Shown here one piece after another: positions 30,262-41,707 of a stretch of DNA of 64,000 nt. The notes below the pieces were generated by a model. The model saw only the letters and a program-made list of their open reading frames with translations. It did no database searches and was not told the DNA's origin. The position numbers were made by a program, and so were the translations under genes. Every line of letters begins with the position of its first letter. Positions within the stretch are counted from its first letter, which is position 1. The DNA is from Gemmatimonadaceae bacterium (GTDB lineage: Bacteria > Gemmatimonadota > Gemmatimonadetes > Gemmatimonadales > Gemmatimonadaceae), in the NCBI GenBank assembly GCA_040901985.1, contig JBBDYC010000019.1, positions 111,770 to 175,769 on the forward strand. The letters are read 5' to 3'.

Positions 30262-30291
30262 TTGCGTTTTACCTCCTGTTCCCGGTATCTT
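30262..30291 (+). promoter_or_regulatory. Putative sigma-70-type promoter for rpmE-prfA-prmC
   Basis: TTGCGT-18 nt-TATCTT. Confidence 0.5.
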
Positions 30292-30326
30292 TCCCCGTTC
30301 GCTCCGAATCCGTTTCCGAGGCACCA

Positions 30327-30532
30327 ATGAAGGCCGATATCCATCCGACGTACGCGACCGCCACCGTGACCTGCGCCTGCGGGAACACCTTCCTCACGCG
30401 CTCCACGCACGCCGAGTTGCACACCGACATCTGCGCCGCCTGCCATCCGTTCTTCACCGGCAAGCAGAAGCTCATTGACACCGCCGGCCGTGTGGAGCGG
30501 TTCCGCCAGAAGTACGGGACCAAGGCCAGCGC

Positions 30533-30536
<4 letters not shown>
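30327..30536 (+). CDS. rpmE: 50S ribosomal protein L31 (Zn-ribbon type)
   Basis: [32 protein letters not shown]. Confidence 0.97.
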
Positions 30537-31609
<1,073 letters not shown>

Positions 31610-31631
31610 GCGTCGCGGCGATGGGACGTGC

Positions 31632-32498
31632 ATGACCGCACTCACAATTGGCGCACTGCTCGACGAGCTCGCGGCGTCCCTCGTCGGCCCCGGCGTGCCG
31701 CCGGCCCGCGCCGCCGCGCGCGACGTCATTGCCGGCGTGCTCGACCGGCCGCGTTTCTGGCCGTCGGCACACCGCGACGATCCGCTTGACGCGGCGACGC
31801 TCGCGGCGATCCGCGGCGCCGCCGCTCGACTCGGCGAGGGTATGCCAATCCAGTACGCCATCGGTCGCGCGACCTTCCGCCACCTCACGCTGGCGGTGGA
31901 CCGGCGCGTGCTGATTCCCCGGCCCGAGACCGAACTCCTGGTGGACCTCGTGCTCGCCGCGCAGCGCGGCGGGAGTGGGACGGTGGTGGACGTCGGTACC
32001 GGTTCGGGTGCGATCGCGCTCGCCCTCGCCTCCGAGGGTGCCTTCGATCGGGTGATCGGCACCGACCTTTCGGCCGATGCGATCGCGGTCGCGACCGCCA
32101 ACCTCGGCGCCATCGCCACGGACCGGCGCGCCCGCGTCGAGTTCCTGGTGGGAGACCTGCTGGCCCCGATTGGGGGTCTCCGAGTGGACACCATTGTCAG
32201 CAACCCGCCGTATATTTCGCCGGCTGAGGAGGCGGAACTGCCGCAGGTGGTGCGCGACTGGGAGCCGCCGTCGGCGCTCTTCGCCGGGGAGGACGGGATG
32301 GCGGCAATCCGCGCCCTGGTGCCGCAGGCGGCGGCCGCGTTGCGACCGGGCGGCCTGCTGGCGCTCGAGGTGGACTCCCGCCGGAGCACCCTTGCCGCCG
32401 CCGCGGTGTCCCAAGAAGGGCGATTCACCGAGGTCGAGACCCGAAACGACTTGACCGGCCGTCCACGCTTCGTGATGGCCAGACGACAGGAGCTGTGA
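31632..32498 (+). CDS. prmC: Release factor glutamine methyltransferase
   Basis: VLIPRPETE, DVGTGSGAIA, SNPPY; follows prfA. Confidence 0.95.
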   Translation: MTALTIGALLDELAASLVGPGVPPARAAARDVIAGVLDRPRFWPSAHRDDPLDAATLAAIRGAAARLGEGMPIQYAIGRATFRHLTLAVDRRVLIPRPETELLVDLVLAAQRGGSGTVVDVGTGSGAIALALASEGAFDRVIGTDLSADAIAVATANLGAIATDRRARVEFLVGDLLAPIGGLRVDTIVSNPPYISPAEEAELPQVVRDWEPPSALFAGEDGMAAIRALVPQAAAALRPGGLLALEVDSRRSTLAAAAVSQEGRFTEVETRNDLTGRPRFVMARRQEL

Positions 32499-32851
32499 TG
32501 CTGAGCGAGAAAGCGATGGACGTGGGCCGCTTGATCGGCCAGAGCCCCGAGTACCAGGCCGTCAAGCGGGCCAACGAGGCGCTCAACGCCGACAAGGAGG
32601 TTGTGGCCGCGCTCCAGCGGATGGAGGCGCTGCGCCACGAGGCGCAGGCCGTCATCGAGCGCGGCGAGCAGCCTTCGGCCGAGATGGAGCAGGAGCTCGA
32701 CCAGCTCCTCACCAAGGTGCAGGCGAGTATGCTCTACCAACGGTTCATCGCCGCCAACGAGAACTTCGACAAGGTGATGGTCCAGGTGAACCAGTGGATG
32801 CTCGACGGCATCAAGAAGGGCGCCGCGAGTTCGATCATCACCCTCGGCTGA
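32495..32851 (+). CDS. YlbF/YmcA-like helical regulator
   Basis: KAMDVGRLIGQSPEYQ and all-helical ~118 aa pattern resembling the YlbF family. Confidence 0.7.
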   Translation: MMLSEKAMDVGRLIGQSPEYQAVKRANEALNADKEVVAALQRMEALRHEAQAVIERGEQPSAEMEQELDQLLTKVQASMLYQRFIAANENFDKVMVQVNQWMLDGIKKGAASSIITLG

Positions 32852-32858
32852 CGCAACG

Positions 32859-33527
32859 GTGCGCGGGCGGCTGGTCGTCTTCGAGGGCGGCGAGGGGGTG
32901 GGGAAGTCCACCCAACTCCTGCGGCTCGCGTCGCGCCTCGCCGCGGCGGGGGTCGCCCACAAGACCTACCGCGAGCCGGGTGGCACGGCGGCGGGCGACC
33001 GGATCCGCGACCTCCTCCTTCACGGGGATGCGCCGCTCGCCCCGGCGACCGAGGCGGCGCTCTTCATCGCGTCGCGCGCCCAGCTCGTCGCGACGGCGGT
33101 CCGGCCGGCGCTCGCGCTCGGCGAGCACGTGTTGCTCGATCGATTCCTCCTCTCGACCTATGCCTACCAGATGCATGGGCGCGGTCTGCCCGAGGCGGAC
33201 CTGCGCGCGGCCAACCACCTCGCCACGGGGGGCCTCGTGCCCGACCTGACGCTGCTCTTCCAGCTACCGGCGGCGGTCGGCCTCGAACGCGCCGGCGCCC
33301 GCGGCGGGGCCGACCGGATGGAGCGCGCGGATGCCGCGTTCCACGAGCGCGTCGAGGCGGCGTTCGCGTCGTTCGCGACCGACGCGTGGCAGGCGGCGCA
33401 CCCCGAGTGTGGGCGGATTGCGGCGGTGTCGGCGGCCGGCGACGCGTCGGTGGTGGCCGAACGCGTCGCGGCGGCGATTGCGCGGGAGTGTCCGGCGCTC
33501 CTTGAGCCGCAGGGAGCGGGCGCGTGA
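32859..33527 (+). CDS. tmk: Thymidylate kinase
   Basis: FEGGEGVGKSTQ, REPGGT, LDRFLLSTYAYQ, PDLT. Confidence 0.95.
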   Translation: MRGRLVVFEGGEGVGKSTQLLRLASRLAAAGVAHKTYREPGGTAAGDRIRDLLLHGDAPLAPATEAALFIASRAQLVATAVRPALALGEHVLLDRFLLSTYAYQMHGRGLPEADLRAANHLATGGLVPDLTLLFQLPAAVGLERAGARGGADRMERADAAFHERVEAAFASFATDAWQAAHPECGRIAAVSAAGDASVVAERVAAAIARECPALLEPQGAGA

Positions 33528-35077
33528 GCCGGATGCGGTTGCTCCCGTCGGCCGTGCTCGTCGGCGCGGCGCTCGTCGCCGGCGGCTGGCTCGTCCAGAA
33601 CGCCGTGCGCGGCGAGGCGCGCCGCGAGCGCGACGGCGCCCGGCTCCTCGACGCCGTGATGGAGCGGCTCCGCGAGGCGTATGTGGACACGATCGCCGAG
33701 GACGAGCTTTGGACCTACGCCGTCACGGGGATGCTTGCCGGGCTTGGCGACCCCAACTCGGCGTACCTGACGCCGGAGCGGCTGGAGCGGCTCGGACAGT
33801 CGGCGGCCAACTCGTACCGCGGCGTGGGGCTCCAGGTGGACATCCGCGACGGCTGGATCACCGTGGCGCAGCCGCGTCCGGGGTCGCCCGCCGAACGGGC
33901 CGGCCTGCAGCCGGGAGATCGGCTGATCGAGGTGGACGGCCGCTCGATGCAGGGGTGGACCGTCGAGGAGGCACGCAACGCGTTGCGCGGACCACTCGGC
34001 ACGACCGTCCCGGTGGTGATCGAGCGCGGACAAGGGAATCGGATCCCGGTGCGACTCAAGCGCGCCGACATCCGCGTGAGTGCGGTGCCGCGGGCGATGG
34101 TCCTCAGTGGCGGTGTCGGCTACGTCGCGGTGACGGCGTTCAGCGACTCGACCGAGGCGGAACTCGTGGCGGCGGTGGAGTCGCTGCGTACGGCGGGTGC
34201 CACTTCGATGATCGTGGACCTGCGCGGCAATCCCGGGGGGCTCCTCACCCAGGGCGTCGGCGTCGCCGACCTCTTCCTCGACGCGGGCAAGCGGATCGTG
34301 ACGACGCGGGGGCGCGTCCCGGAGGCCAACGCCGCCTACGTGGACGAGACGGCCGAACGGTGGCCGGAGATGCCGATGGTGGTCCTCGTGAACGGCGCCA
34401 CCGCGAGCGCGGCCGAGATCGTCGCCGGCGCCCTGCAGGATCACGACCGGGCCTTGGTGATGGGTCGCGTGACCTTCGGCAAGGGCAGCGCGCAGGCGGT
34501 CTATCCGCTCGACAACGGTGCCGCGATCATGCTCACGCACGCCCGGTGGTTCACGCCGCTCGGGCGGAGTCTCGAAGTCGCCGCCGAGAACGAACTGCGC
34601 CTGGCGGACGCCGACACCGCGCGCCCGGTCTTCCGTACGGTGTCCGGCCGCGCGGTCTACGGCGGCGGTGGCATCGTGCCCGACCGCATCGTCGGCGACA
34701 GCGCGCCCGACCCGGACGAGCGGCGCTTCTTCGCCGAGCTCGGGGCGGACGTCCCACGATGGCGCGAAGCCCTGACGGCGCAGGCCAGGGCGTTGATCGC
34801 CGAGGGCGCGATCCGCGATTCGCTGTTCGTCGTCCGGCCGGAATGGCGCGCCCGGGTGCGAGCGCAGCTCGTGCGGTTCGGCCTCCGGGTCCCGGCGACC
34901 GCCTTTGCCGAAGTGCCGGCGCTGGTGGATCGGTCGCTCGGCAACGAGATCGCGCGCCAGGCGTTCGGGATCCCGTACGCCCAGCGGCGCCAGGTGCGCG
35001 CCGACAGCGTGGTGCAGCGGGCGGCGGAACTGCTCCGGCGCAGCCGCACGCCGATGAGCGTCTTCGCCGCCGAGTAG
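33524..35077 (+). CDS. S41 family carboxy-terminal processing protease (PDZ)
   Basis: PDZ domain, DLRGNPGGLL, ASAAEIVAGALQD, TFGKGSAQ, GGGIVPD. Confidence 0.93.
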   Translation: MSRMRLLPSAVLVGAALVAGGWLVQNAVRGEARRERDGARLLDAVMERLREAYVDTIAEDELWTYAVTGMLAGLGDPNSAYLTPERLERLGQSAANSYRGVGLQVDIRDGWITVAQPRPGSPAERAGLQPGDRLIEVDGRSMQGWTVEEARNALRGPLGTTVPVVIERGQGNRIPVRLKRADIRVSAVPRAMVLSGGVGYVAVTAFSDSTEAELVAAVESLRTAGATSMIVDLRGNPGGLLTQGVGVADLFLDAGKRIVTTRGRVPEANAAYVDETAERWPEMPMVVLVNGATASAAEIVAGALQDHDRALVMGRVTFGKGSAQAVYPLDNGAAIMLTHARWFTPLGRSLEVAAENELRLADADTARPVFRTVSGRAVYGGGGIVPDRIVGDSAPDPDERRFFAELGADVPRWREALTAQARALIAEGAIRDSLFVVRPEWRARVRAQLVRFGLRVPATAFAEVPALVDRSLGNEIARQAFGIPYAQRRQVRADSVVQRAAELLRRSRTPMSVFAAE

Positions 35078-35080
35078 CGG

Positions 35081-35818
35081 CTACGGCGAGCGCGGCGGGG
35101 CGGACCCCCCGAAGAGCGCCGCCTGATCGATCACCCGGACACCTTCCGGGGGCGTAAAGACGAATGCGTCGGCGGGGAGCGCGGCCCCGACCCGGATCGC
35201 CGTGAAGAGGATCGTGCGTTGCATCCCCGTCGCCTCGGTGATGATCGCCCGCCGGACCAGCGCCTGCGCGGGGTCGATCCAGAGCGTGGCCTTGGTGAAG
35301 GCGCCGCCGCCCACCCGCGGGACGAGTTCGATCCCCTGCGTCGGGTGACCGTCCAGCTCGGCGGGGCTCACCGCGCGCACGCGGTATCGCGTGGCCGGAT
35401 CCCGGAGCACTTCGCTTGCGATATCGAGGCCGGCGCCGGCGGCGCGTGAGAGTTTGAGCGCCTGACCGGGCGCGTTGCTCGGGAGGTAGAGCCAGAGCGC
35501 CGCGGCGTCGGCGACGATCCGGTCGCCCACGGGATCGCTGAACCGGAACGCGAAGTGCGTCGTGCCGCGCTGGAGGAACTCGCCGCTCGCGCGGTATTCC
35601 GTCCCCGTCCGCGGGTTCATCAGCGTCTGCTGGAACGTCGCCTGGAGCGTGCGCGCCGAAGCGTAGGCGACGGCCGCCCGTTCGACGAGCCGGAGCGCGA
35701 CGGAATCGGCGGCAGACATCGGCGAAGCCGCCGGTGCCCCTTGGGCCCCGACCGCGGTGGACGCCAGCGCCAGCCCGATGAGCGCGGCGAGCGGCGAACG
35801 AACTCCCTGCCCTGTCAT
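35081..35818 (-). CDS. lolA: Outer membrane lipoprotein carrier LolA-like
   Basis: LQATFQQ, GEF, IVAD...LWLYLP, C-terminal FVFTPPEGVRVID; signal peptide. Confidence 0.82.
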   Translation of the reverse strand: MTGQGVRSPLAALIGLALASTAVGAQGAPAASPMSAADSVALRLVERAAVAYASARTLQATFQQTLMNPRTGTEYRASGEFLQRGTTHFAFRFSDPVGDRIVADAAALWLYLPSNAPGQALKLSRAAGAGLDIASEVLRDPATRYRVRAVSPAELDGHPTQGIELVPRVGGGAFTKATLWIDPAQALVRRAIITEATGMQRTILFTAIRVGAALPADAFVFTPPEGVRVIDQAALFGGSAPPRSP

Positions 35819-36855
35819 CAATGCGCTCCCGAAGTGTCGGTGATCCGACGATCCACCGCGTCGGCGACGCGACGCAACTGGGTCATACACTCGACGAACT
35901 GTTCCGGTGTCAGGGACTGCGCGCCGTCGGAGAGGGCCTTCTCCGGCTGGGGGTGGACCTCGATCACGATGCCGTCGGCGCCTGCGGCGACGGCGGCACG
36001 GGCCATCGCCGGCACCTTGTCGCGGCGGCCGGTGCCGTGGCTCGGGTCGGCGACGATCGGCAGGTGCGAGAGTTGCTGGACCACCGGGATCGCCGTCAGG
36101 TCGAACAGATTGCGCGAGGTGGGGTCGAAGCTCCGCAGGCCGCGTTCGCAGAGGATCACCTGCCCGTTGCCCTCGGCGAGTATGTACTCGGCCGAGAGGA
36201 GGAGGTCCTGGATCGTCGCCGCCATCCCGCGCTTGAGCAGGACCGGCTTGCCGATCTTCCCCGCCGCCTTGAGCAGCGAGTAATTCTGCATGTTGCGGGC
36301 GCCGATCTGCAGGCAGTCGGCATACTCGGCAACGATCTCAGCGCCGTGCTCGTCCATCGCCTCGGTGACGATGGCCAGCCCGGTCTCCCGCTTGGCGAGT
36401 GCAAGCAGCTCGAGCCCCGGCGTGCCGAGCCCCTGAAATGAGTACGGCGAGGAGCGTGGCTTGAAGGCACCACCGCGGAGCGCGACCGCACCGGCGGCCT
36501 TCACCGCGCGGGCCGCCGCGAGGATCTGCGCCTCGCTTTCCACCGAGCAGGGGCCGGCCACTACGGGGATGTCGCGTCCGCCGAACCGCACGCCCGGCGC
36601 GATCTCGACAATCGTGTTCTCGGGCCGCCACTCGCGCGAGACCTGCTTGTACGGATTCGAGACGTAGATGACCTCGGAGACGCCGGCGAAGTCGAGGAGG
36701 GGCGAGCCGTCCACGCGCCCGTCGTTGCCGATGAGCCCAATCGCGGTCCGCTGGGCGCCCGGCATCGGCTGCGGCGTGAAGCCCCGCTCGCTGATCCAGT
36801 CGCAGACGCGCGCGACGTCGGCCGCCGTCGCGCCGTGCTTCATCACCACGAGCAT
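35818..36855 (-). CDS. aroF: DAHP synthase type I-beta with N-terminal regulatory domain
   Basis: [44 protein letters not shown]. Confidence 0.95.
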   Translation of the reverse strand: MLVVMKHGATAADVARVCDWISERGFTPQPMPGAQRTAIGLIGNDGRVDGSPLLDFAGVSEVIYVSNPYKQVSREWRPENTIVEIAPGVRFGGRDIPVVAGPCSVESEAQILAAARAVKAAGAVALRGGAFKPRSSPYSFQGLGTPGLELLALAKRETGLAIVTEAMDEHGAEIVAEYADCLQIGARNMQNYSLLKAAGKIGKPVLLKRGMAATIQDLLLSAEYILAEGNGQVILCERGLRSFDPTSRNLFDLTAIPVVQQLSHLPIVADPSHGTGRRDKVPAMARAAVAAGADGIVIEVHPQPEKALSDGAQSLTPEQFVECMTQLRRVADAVDRRITDTSGAH

Positions 36856-36865
36856 CGGATCGTCC

Positions 36866-39800
36866 TCAGCCGACGGTGATCGCGGCGGCGCGCGCGGCGT
36901 CCGCCTCGTCCACCGCGACGCCGGTCATCCGGACGCTGACGAGCGACGAGACCCCGGGCTCCTGCATCGTCACGCCGTACACGGCGTCGGCGGCCTCGGT
37001 CGTCGTGCGCGGGTTGTGCGTGATCACGATGAACTGCGTCCGCTCCTTGAATCGGGTCAGCATCCGCACGAAGCGGCCGATGTTCTGGTCGTCGAGTGGC
37101 GCGTCCACCTCGTCGAGCAGGCAGAACGGGCTCGGCTTGGTGAGGAAGATCCCGAAGAGGAGGGAGAGCGCGACCAGCGCGCGCTCGCCACTCGAGAGCA
37201 GGTGGATCCGCTGCGTGCGTTTGCCGCGCGGGCTGGCGTGGATCTCGATGTCGCAGTCGAGCGGCCGTTCCGGGTCCTCCAGCCTCAGGTCGCACTCGCC
37301 GCCGTCGAAGAGCGTGATGAAGATCTCGCGGAAGTGCGCCCGGACCTGCGCGAAGGTGGCGAGGAAGAGGTCGCGCGCGGTGACGTCGATCTCCCGGATC
37401 GCCTGCTGGAGCTTGTGCTGGGCGTCCACGAGGTCGGTGCGCTGTGTCGTCAGGAACTCCAGGCGCCGCGTCTCCTCCTCGTGCTCCTCGATCGCCAGCG
37501 GATTGACCGGGCCGAGCTCCTCGACCTTCCGACGCAGCTCCTCAGCCTCGCCGCGCAGTGCCGCGTCGTCGGCGATGACCGGCTCGTAGCCGGCGAGCAG
37601 CTCGTCGAGCGGCCGGCGCCACTCGGCCTCGAGGCGCTCCTTGATCGCGGCGCGCTTGCCGGCGAGCTCGGTGAAGCGCAACTCGGCGAGGTGGAGCGCG
37701 TCGCCGGCGCTCCCGGCCTCGCGTCGCGCGGCGTCGAGCGCCTGGTCGGACGCCAGCAGCGCCGCGTCGGCGTCACGCACCTGCGCCTCCGCCGCCGTCA
37801 ACGCGCCGTCGGCCTCCCGCTGTGAGTCGCGCCGCGCCTGCAACTCCTCCTGCCAGACTGACATCTGCCGCTCGAGCAGGCCGTCCTCGTGGGCAATCGT
37901 CGCGAGTTCACGCTCGAGCGCCGAGAGCCGGTCAAAGGCCGCGTGGCGCTCGCGGTCGAGCCGCTCGCGGCGCTCGGCGGCCACCTGGCGGCGCGCGTCG
38001 GCCTGCGCGTGGGCGACCTGCTGGGCGGCGCGCGCCTCGCGCGCCGCGTCCTGCGCCCGCTCGGCCGTGCCGAGCGCCTCGCGCGCCGCCGCCGCTCGCC
38101 CGTCCGCCTCGTGCAACCGGTGCGCGATCTCGTCGTGGGCAATCAGGCTGGCGTTGACGCGGTCGCCGAGTTCGCTGTGCCGTCCGGCGAGGCGTTCCTG
38201 CAGCGCCACCGCGTCGGCGAGCTCGCGCACCGACCGCTCGCGCACGCGGTCGCGCTCGTTGCGGACCTTCGCCGCCTCGGCGGCGTGCTGCTGGGCGACC
38301 GCCGCCGCGTCGGCGGCGTGCGCGGCCGTCGCCTCGGCCTGCACCACGCCGTCGTGCACCTGTTGGGCGCGCGCCTGCACCGCCGCGCGCCGCGCGCCGA
38401 TGTCGGCGAGTGCGCTCCGGAGCGTCTCCAACTCGGCGCGGCGGGTCAGCGGTCCGGCGCCCGCGTCGCGCGCCGGCAACCAGACCGCGCCGCGAGCATC
38501 CACGAAGCCGGCGCCGTCGGCGGTGGCGCGCACCCTGCCGAGCAGCGCGCGCACCCAATGGCCGGCGGCGCCATCGGCGCGCACGCGCGCCACGAGATCG
38601 CCGGCGTCGGTGGCGTCGGCCGCCCCGCTGGTGCCCCGCAGGGCGTCGAGCGGCAGGAGGAGGAGCGCGCCCGGATTCTCGGCAGCGTGCCACGCGCGCA
38701 CCGCGTCGGCGGCGACCTGGTCGCGCACCACGACGGCGTGGACGGTCGGGCCGAGGAAGCGCTCCACCTGCGCCGCGACCGCGGCGTCGGCGCCGATGAA
38801 GTCTGAGAGTGGCCCGAGCACGGCATCGGGCCCGAAGCGCGCGCGGTCGCGGAGGAGGCGCGCGGCCGCGGGCGCGAGCCCCACGCGCTCGCGTTCGAGT
38901 CCCTCCAGCGCGTCGAGCCGCCCCTGGAGGGCGGTGTGCTCCTCCTCGACGCGCCGGACGTCGGCGCGGGCGGTGGCCTCGCGGTCGCGCGCCTCGCGGG
39001 CGGCGGCGCGCGCCAGCTCGAGGGCGGCCTCGGCCGCGGCGGCTGCCGCGCGCCCCGACGCCAGCGCCTCGTCGGCGCCGTCGAGGGTGCGCGACGCGAG
39101 CGCCAGGCGCGCCGCCGCCTCCGCGTGTTCGGCCACCAGCGCGGCGGAACGCTGGGCGACCTCGGCGAGTTCGCGCTCGGCGTTCTCGCGCTCGAGCTCC
39201 AGCCGCCGGGCGTCGTCGCGCAGTTGTCGCGACGTTCGGTCGGCGCCGTCGGCGGCCTCGCGCGCCACCGCCACCGCGAGGCGCGCCGACTCCTCGGCGG
39301 CGACGCGCTCGCGCAGCGTCCCGGCTGTTGCCTCGAGGGCCTCGGCGCCTCGCGCCTCCTCCTGCGTGGCCATCTCGAACTCGGTCCGCAGGCGGTCACC
39401 GAACGCGACGCCCTCGGCGCGCTCCTGTGCGGCACGCTCGCGGCGCGTCAGCGCGTTGCGATGGCGCTCGTCGGCGACCGCCAGTTCCTGTTGCAGTTCA
39501 AGCACCGCCTGGCGCGCGTTCGCCGCCACCGTGGCCCGGTCGTGCCGAGTCGTCTCGGCCGCCGCGCGCGCCGCCTGCGCGGCGTCGCGTACGCCTTCGG
39601 CCGAGCGCACCGCGTCCTGGCGCGCCGGGAGCGCCGCGCGGAGCGTCGCCAGCCGGCCCTCGAGGTCGGAGAGCTCCTGCTGCCAGGCCGCCATCTCCCG
39701 CGAGGCAAGCGTCAGTTCCACGGCAAAGCGGCGCGTGGTGATCTCGGCGTGTCGCTCGGCGCGCCGGCGCTGCCGGAGCAACGACCGCACCTGCGTCTGC

Positions 39801-40393
39801 ACCTCCGACGTCAGGTCGTCAATGCGGAGCAGGTCCGTGCTCGTCGCCTCGAGCTGGCGCTCCGTCGTGCGGCGCCGGTCGCGGTAGAGCCCCACGCCGG
39901 CCGCCTCCTCGAACAGCTCGCGCCGGTCGTCGGGGCGGTCGGAGAGCAGGGCGTCAATCATCCTGGCCTCGATCACCACGCCCGAGTCGGCGCCAAGGCC
40001 GGTGCCGCGCACGAGGTCGTGGATGTCCCGCAGCCGGCAGGGCGCGCGGTTGAGGAAGTACTCGCTCTCGCCGCTGCGGGAGAGGCGGCGCGTGATGACG
40101 ACCTCGCGAAACGCGACCGGGAGCTGCCCGTCCTCGTTGGAGAAGTGCAGCGAGACCTCGGCGATGTTCACCGCGCGCCGCGCCGACGAGCCCTGAAAAA
40201 TCACTTCCTCCATCTTGGCGCCCCGCAACAGGCGCGCGCGCTGCTCGCCGAGCACCCAGCGGACGGCATCGGAGACGTTCGACTTCCCGCATCCGTTCGG
40301 CCCCACGATCGCCGTCACGCCCGGCTCGAACGTGAGATGGGTCGGGTCCGCGAAGGACTTGAAGCCGTGCAACTCCAGCTTGGTCAACCGCAC
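36866..40393 (-). CDS. smc: Chromosome segregation protein SMC
   Basis: [14 protein letters not shown], long coiled coils, LSSGE signature, [16 protein letters not shown]. Confidence 0.95.
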   Translation of the reverse strand: MRLTKLELHGFKSFADPTHLTFEPGVTAIVGPNGCGKSNVSDAVRWVLGEQRARLLRGAKMEEVIFQGSSARRAVNIAEVSLHFSNEDGQLPVAFREVVITRRLSRSGESEYFLNRAPCRLRDIHDLVRGTGLGADSGVVIEARMIDALLSDRPDDRRELFEEAAGVGLYRDRRRTTERQLEATSTDLLRIDDLTSEVQTQVRSLLRQRRRAERHAEITTRRFAVELTLASREMAAWQQELSDLEGRLATLRAALPARQDAVRSAEGVRDAAQAARAAAETTRHDRATVAANARQAVLELQQELAVADERHRNALTRRERAAQERAEGVAFGDRLRTEFEMATQEEARGAEALEATAGTLRERVAAEESARLAVAVAREAADGADRTSRQLRDDARRLELERENAERELAEVAQRSAALVAEHAEAAARLALASRTLDGADEALASGRAAAAAAEAALELARAAAREARDREATARADVRRVEEEHTALQGRLDALEGLERERVGLAPAAARLLRDRARFGPDAVLGPLSDFIGADAAVAAQVERFLGPTVHAVVVRDQVAADAVRAWHAAENPGALLLLPLDALRGTSGAADATDAGDLVARVRADGAAGHWVRALLGRVRATADGAGFVDARGAVWLPARDAGAGPLTRRAELETLRSALADIGARRAAVQARAQQVHDGVVQAEATAAHAADAAAVAQQHAAEAAKVRNERDRVRERSVRELADAVALQERLAGRHSELGDRVNASLIAHDEIAHRLHEADGRAAAAREALGTAERAQDAAREARAAQQVAHAQADARRQVAAERRERLDRERHAAFDRLSALERELATIAHEDGLLERQMSVWQEELQARRDSQREADGALTAAEAQVRDADAALLASDQALDAARREAGSAGDALHLAELRFTELAGKRAAIKERLEAEWRRPLDELLAGYEPVIADDAALRGEAEELRRKVEELGPVNPLAIEEHEEETRRLEFLTTQRTDLVDAQHKLQQAIREIDVTARDLFLATFAQVRAHFREIFITLFDGGECDLRLEDPERPLDCDIEIHASPRGKRTQRIHLLSSGERALVALSLLFGIFLTKPSPFCLLDEVDAPLDDQNIGRFVRMLTRFKERTQFIVITHNPRTTTEAADAVYGVTMQEPGVSSLVSVRMTGVAVDEADAARAAAITVG

Positions 40394-41707
40394 TTAGAAC
40401 GTTCTCCCGGTTCGGTACGCCACTTGCGGTTCGACGCCGAGGTCGCGGAGCGACATCGCAAGGAGCACCGCCTGGCCTGAGGTCTCGAACGCGCCCGCAA
40501 AGAGGCGGACGCTGCCATCGTCCTGCACCAGCCCGTAGGCGCGGATCCCGCGCGCCTCCCACTCGGCCATCGCGCCCGGCGTCTCCGCCGGGCTGAGCCC
40601 GCGCGCGAGCAGCATCGCAAATGGCGCCGCCAGCACGCGTCCCCCATCCTCCTTCACCACGCCGCGCTGGCGCAGTGAGCGGAGATAGCCCTCCGCGTCC
40701 TGCCGATCCTGCCACGCGCCGGCGATGGCGCGGTACCACGGACGTCCGGCGCCGCCCAGCAGGACGGGGGCGAGTGTCGGCGCGGGGAGTTCCACGCCCC
40801 GCAAGGCCAGGCGGGAATTTGCACTCGCGAGGGTATTCGCCGCTACGAGTTCGACGGCGAATCTCGCCGCGCGCGCCGAATCGGCGGGGTTGACAACGGC
40901 CCCCAGCGTGATGCGCACCGGCTCGGGCGCCGGGGCTGGCGCCTCGGGCGTTTCGGGCGCCTCGGGCGTTTCGGCGCGGGGCGCGGCCGGCGTCGCGGAT
41001 GCCCCGCTGGCGAATGGCCACCGCCCGTCGCGGACGGCCCAGCCGGCGGTGCCGATCGCGGCCACCGAGAGTGCCAGGATCAGCGCGCGCCGCAGCGGCC
41101 GATGGCGCGCGACGACTGACGTTCCCCCCGGCCTCTGCCGCGGCACGCCGGCTACGATCGCCGGCAGCTCCGGCTCCGGTCGGTCCACCGTGGCGAGGAG
41201 CGGCCAGGTTCGCACGAACGTCGGCGGAAGGTCCACCGCGACGACGCCGTCCACGCGCGCAATGAGGGTGGCGAGTCCGGGCGCCGAGGGCGGTGCCACC
41301 AGGAGGAGGAGGGCATCCACCTCCCGAAACCCGCCGATGAGGCGCTCCCAGCGCGCACTCTCAAATACCCAGCGCTCGGCAATGGCGCCGCGGCCGGAGG
41401 GGAGGGCAAAGACTCCCGCCGCGCCAGGGACTTCGTGCGCAATCCCCGAGACCGCCTCGCCGTCGCGCAGGCATTCGACGAGTCCGGGCGAATCGAGCGC
41501 CGGGGTGAGCAGGGCGATCCCGCCGACCAGGTCGGCAATGGCCACGCGGCGTTGCGTGGCGTGGATGCGGGCGATGGCCAGGGCGACCAGCGCCGCCTCG
41601 TCGGGATCGCTGCCGCTGACGATCGCCGCGGCGACGTCGTCGAGTGCCGGTGCCACCCGCCGTCCCTCGGCCGCCCAGGCATCGGGCGGCACGGGGTGTG
41701 GCATCAC
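40394..41707 (-). CDS. Membrane protein: degenerate MinD/ParA-like N-domain, TM helix, SPOR-like C-terminus
   Basis: RVAIADL..PGLVECL..VFALPSG, TM LILALSVAAIGTAGWAV, WYRAIAGAW and VRLFAGAF SPOR-like strands. Confidence 0.6.
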   Translation of the reverse strand: MMPHPVPPDAWAAEGRRVAPALDDVAAAIVSGSDPDEAALVALAIARIHATQRRVAIADLVGGIALLTPALDSPGLVECLRDGEAVSGIAHEVPGAAGVFALPSGRGAIAERWVFESARWERLIGGFREVDALLLLVAPPSAPGLATLIARVDGVVAVDLPPTFVRTWPLLATVDRPEPELPAIVAGVPRQRPGGTSVVARHRPLRRALILALSVAAIGTAGWAVRDGRWPFASGASATPAAPRAETPEAPETPEAPAPAPEPVRITLGAVVNPADSARAARFAVELVAANTLASANSRLALRGVELPAPTLAPVLLGGAGRPWYRAIAGAWQDRQDAEGYLRSLRQRGVVKEDGGRVLAAPFAMLLARGLSPAETPGAMAEWEARGIRAYGLVQDDGSVRLFAGAFETSGQAVLLAMSLRDLGVEPQVAYRTGRTF

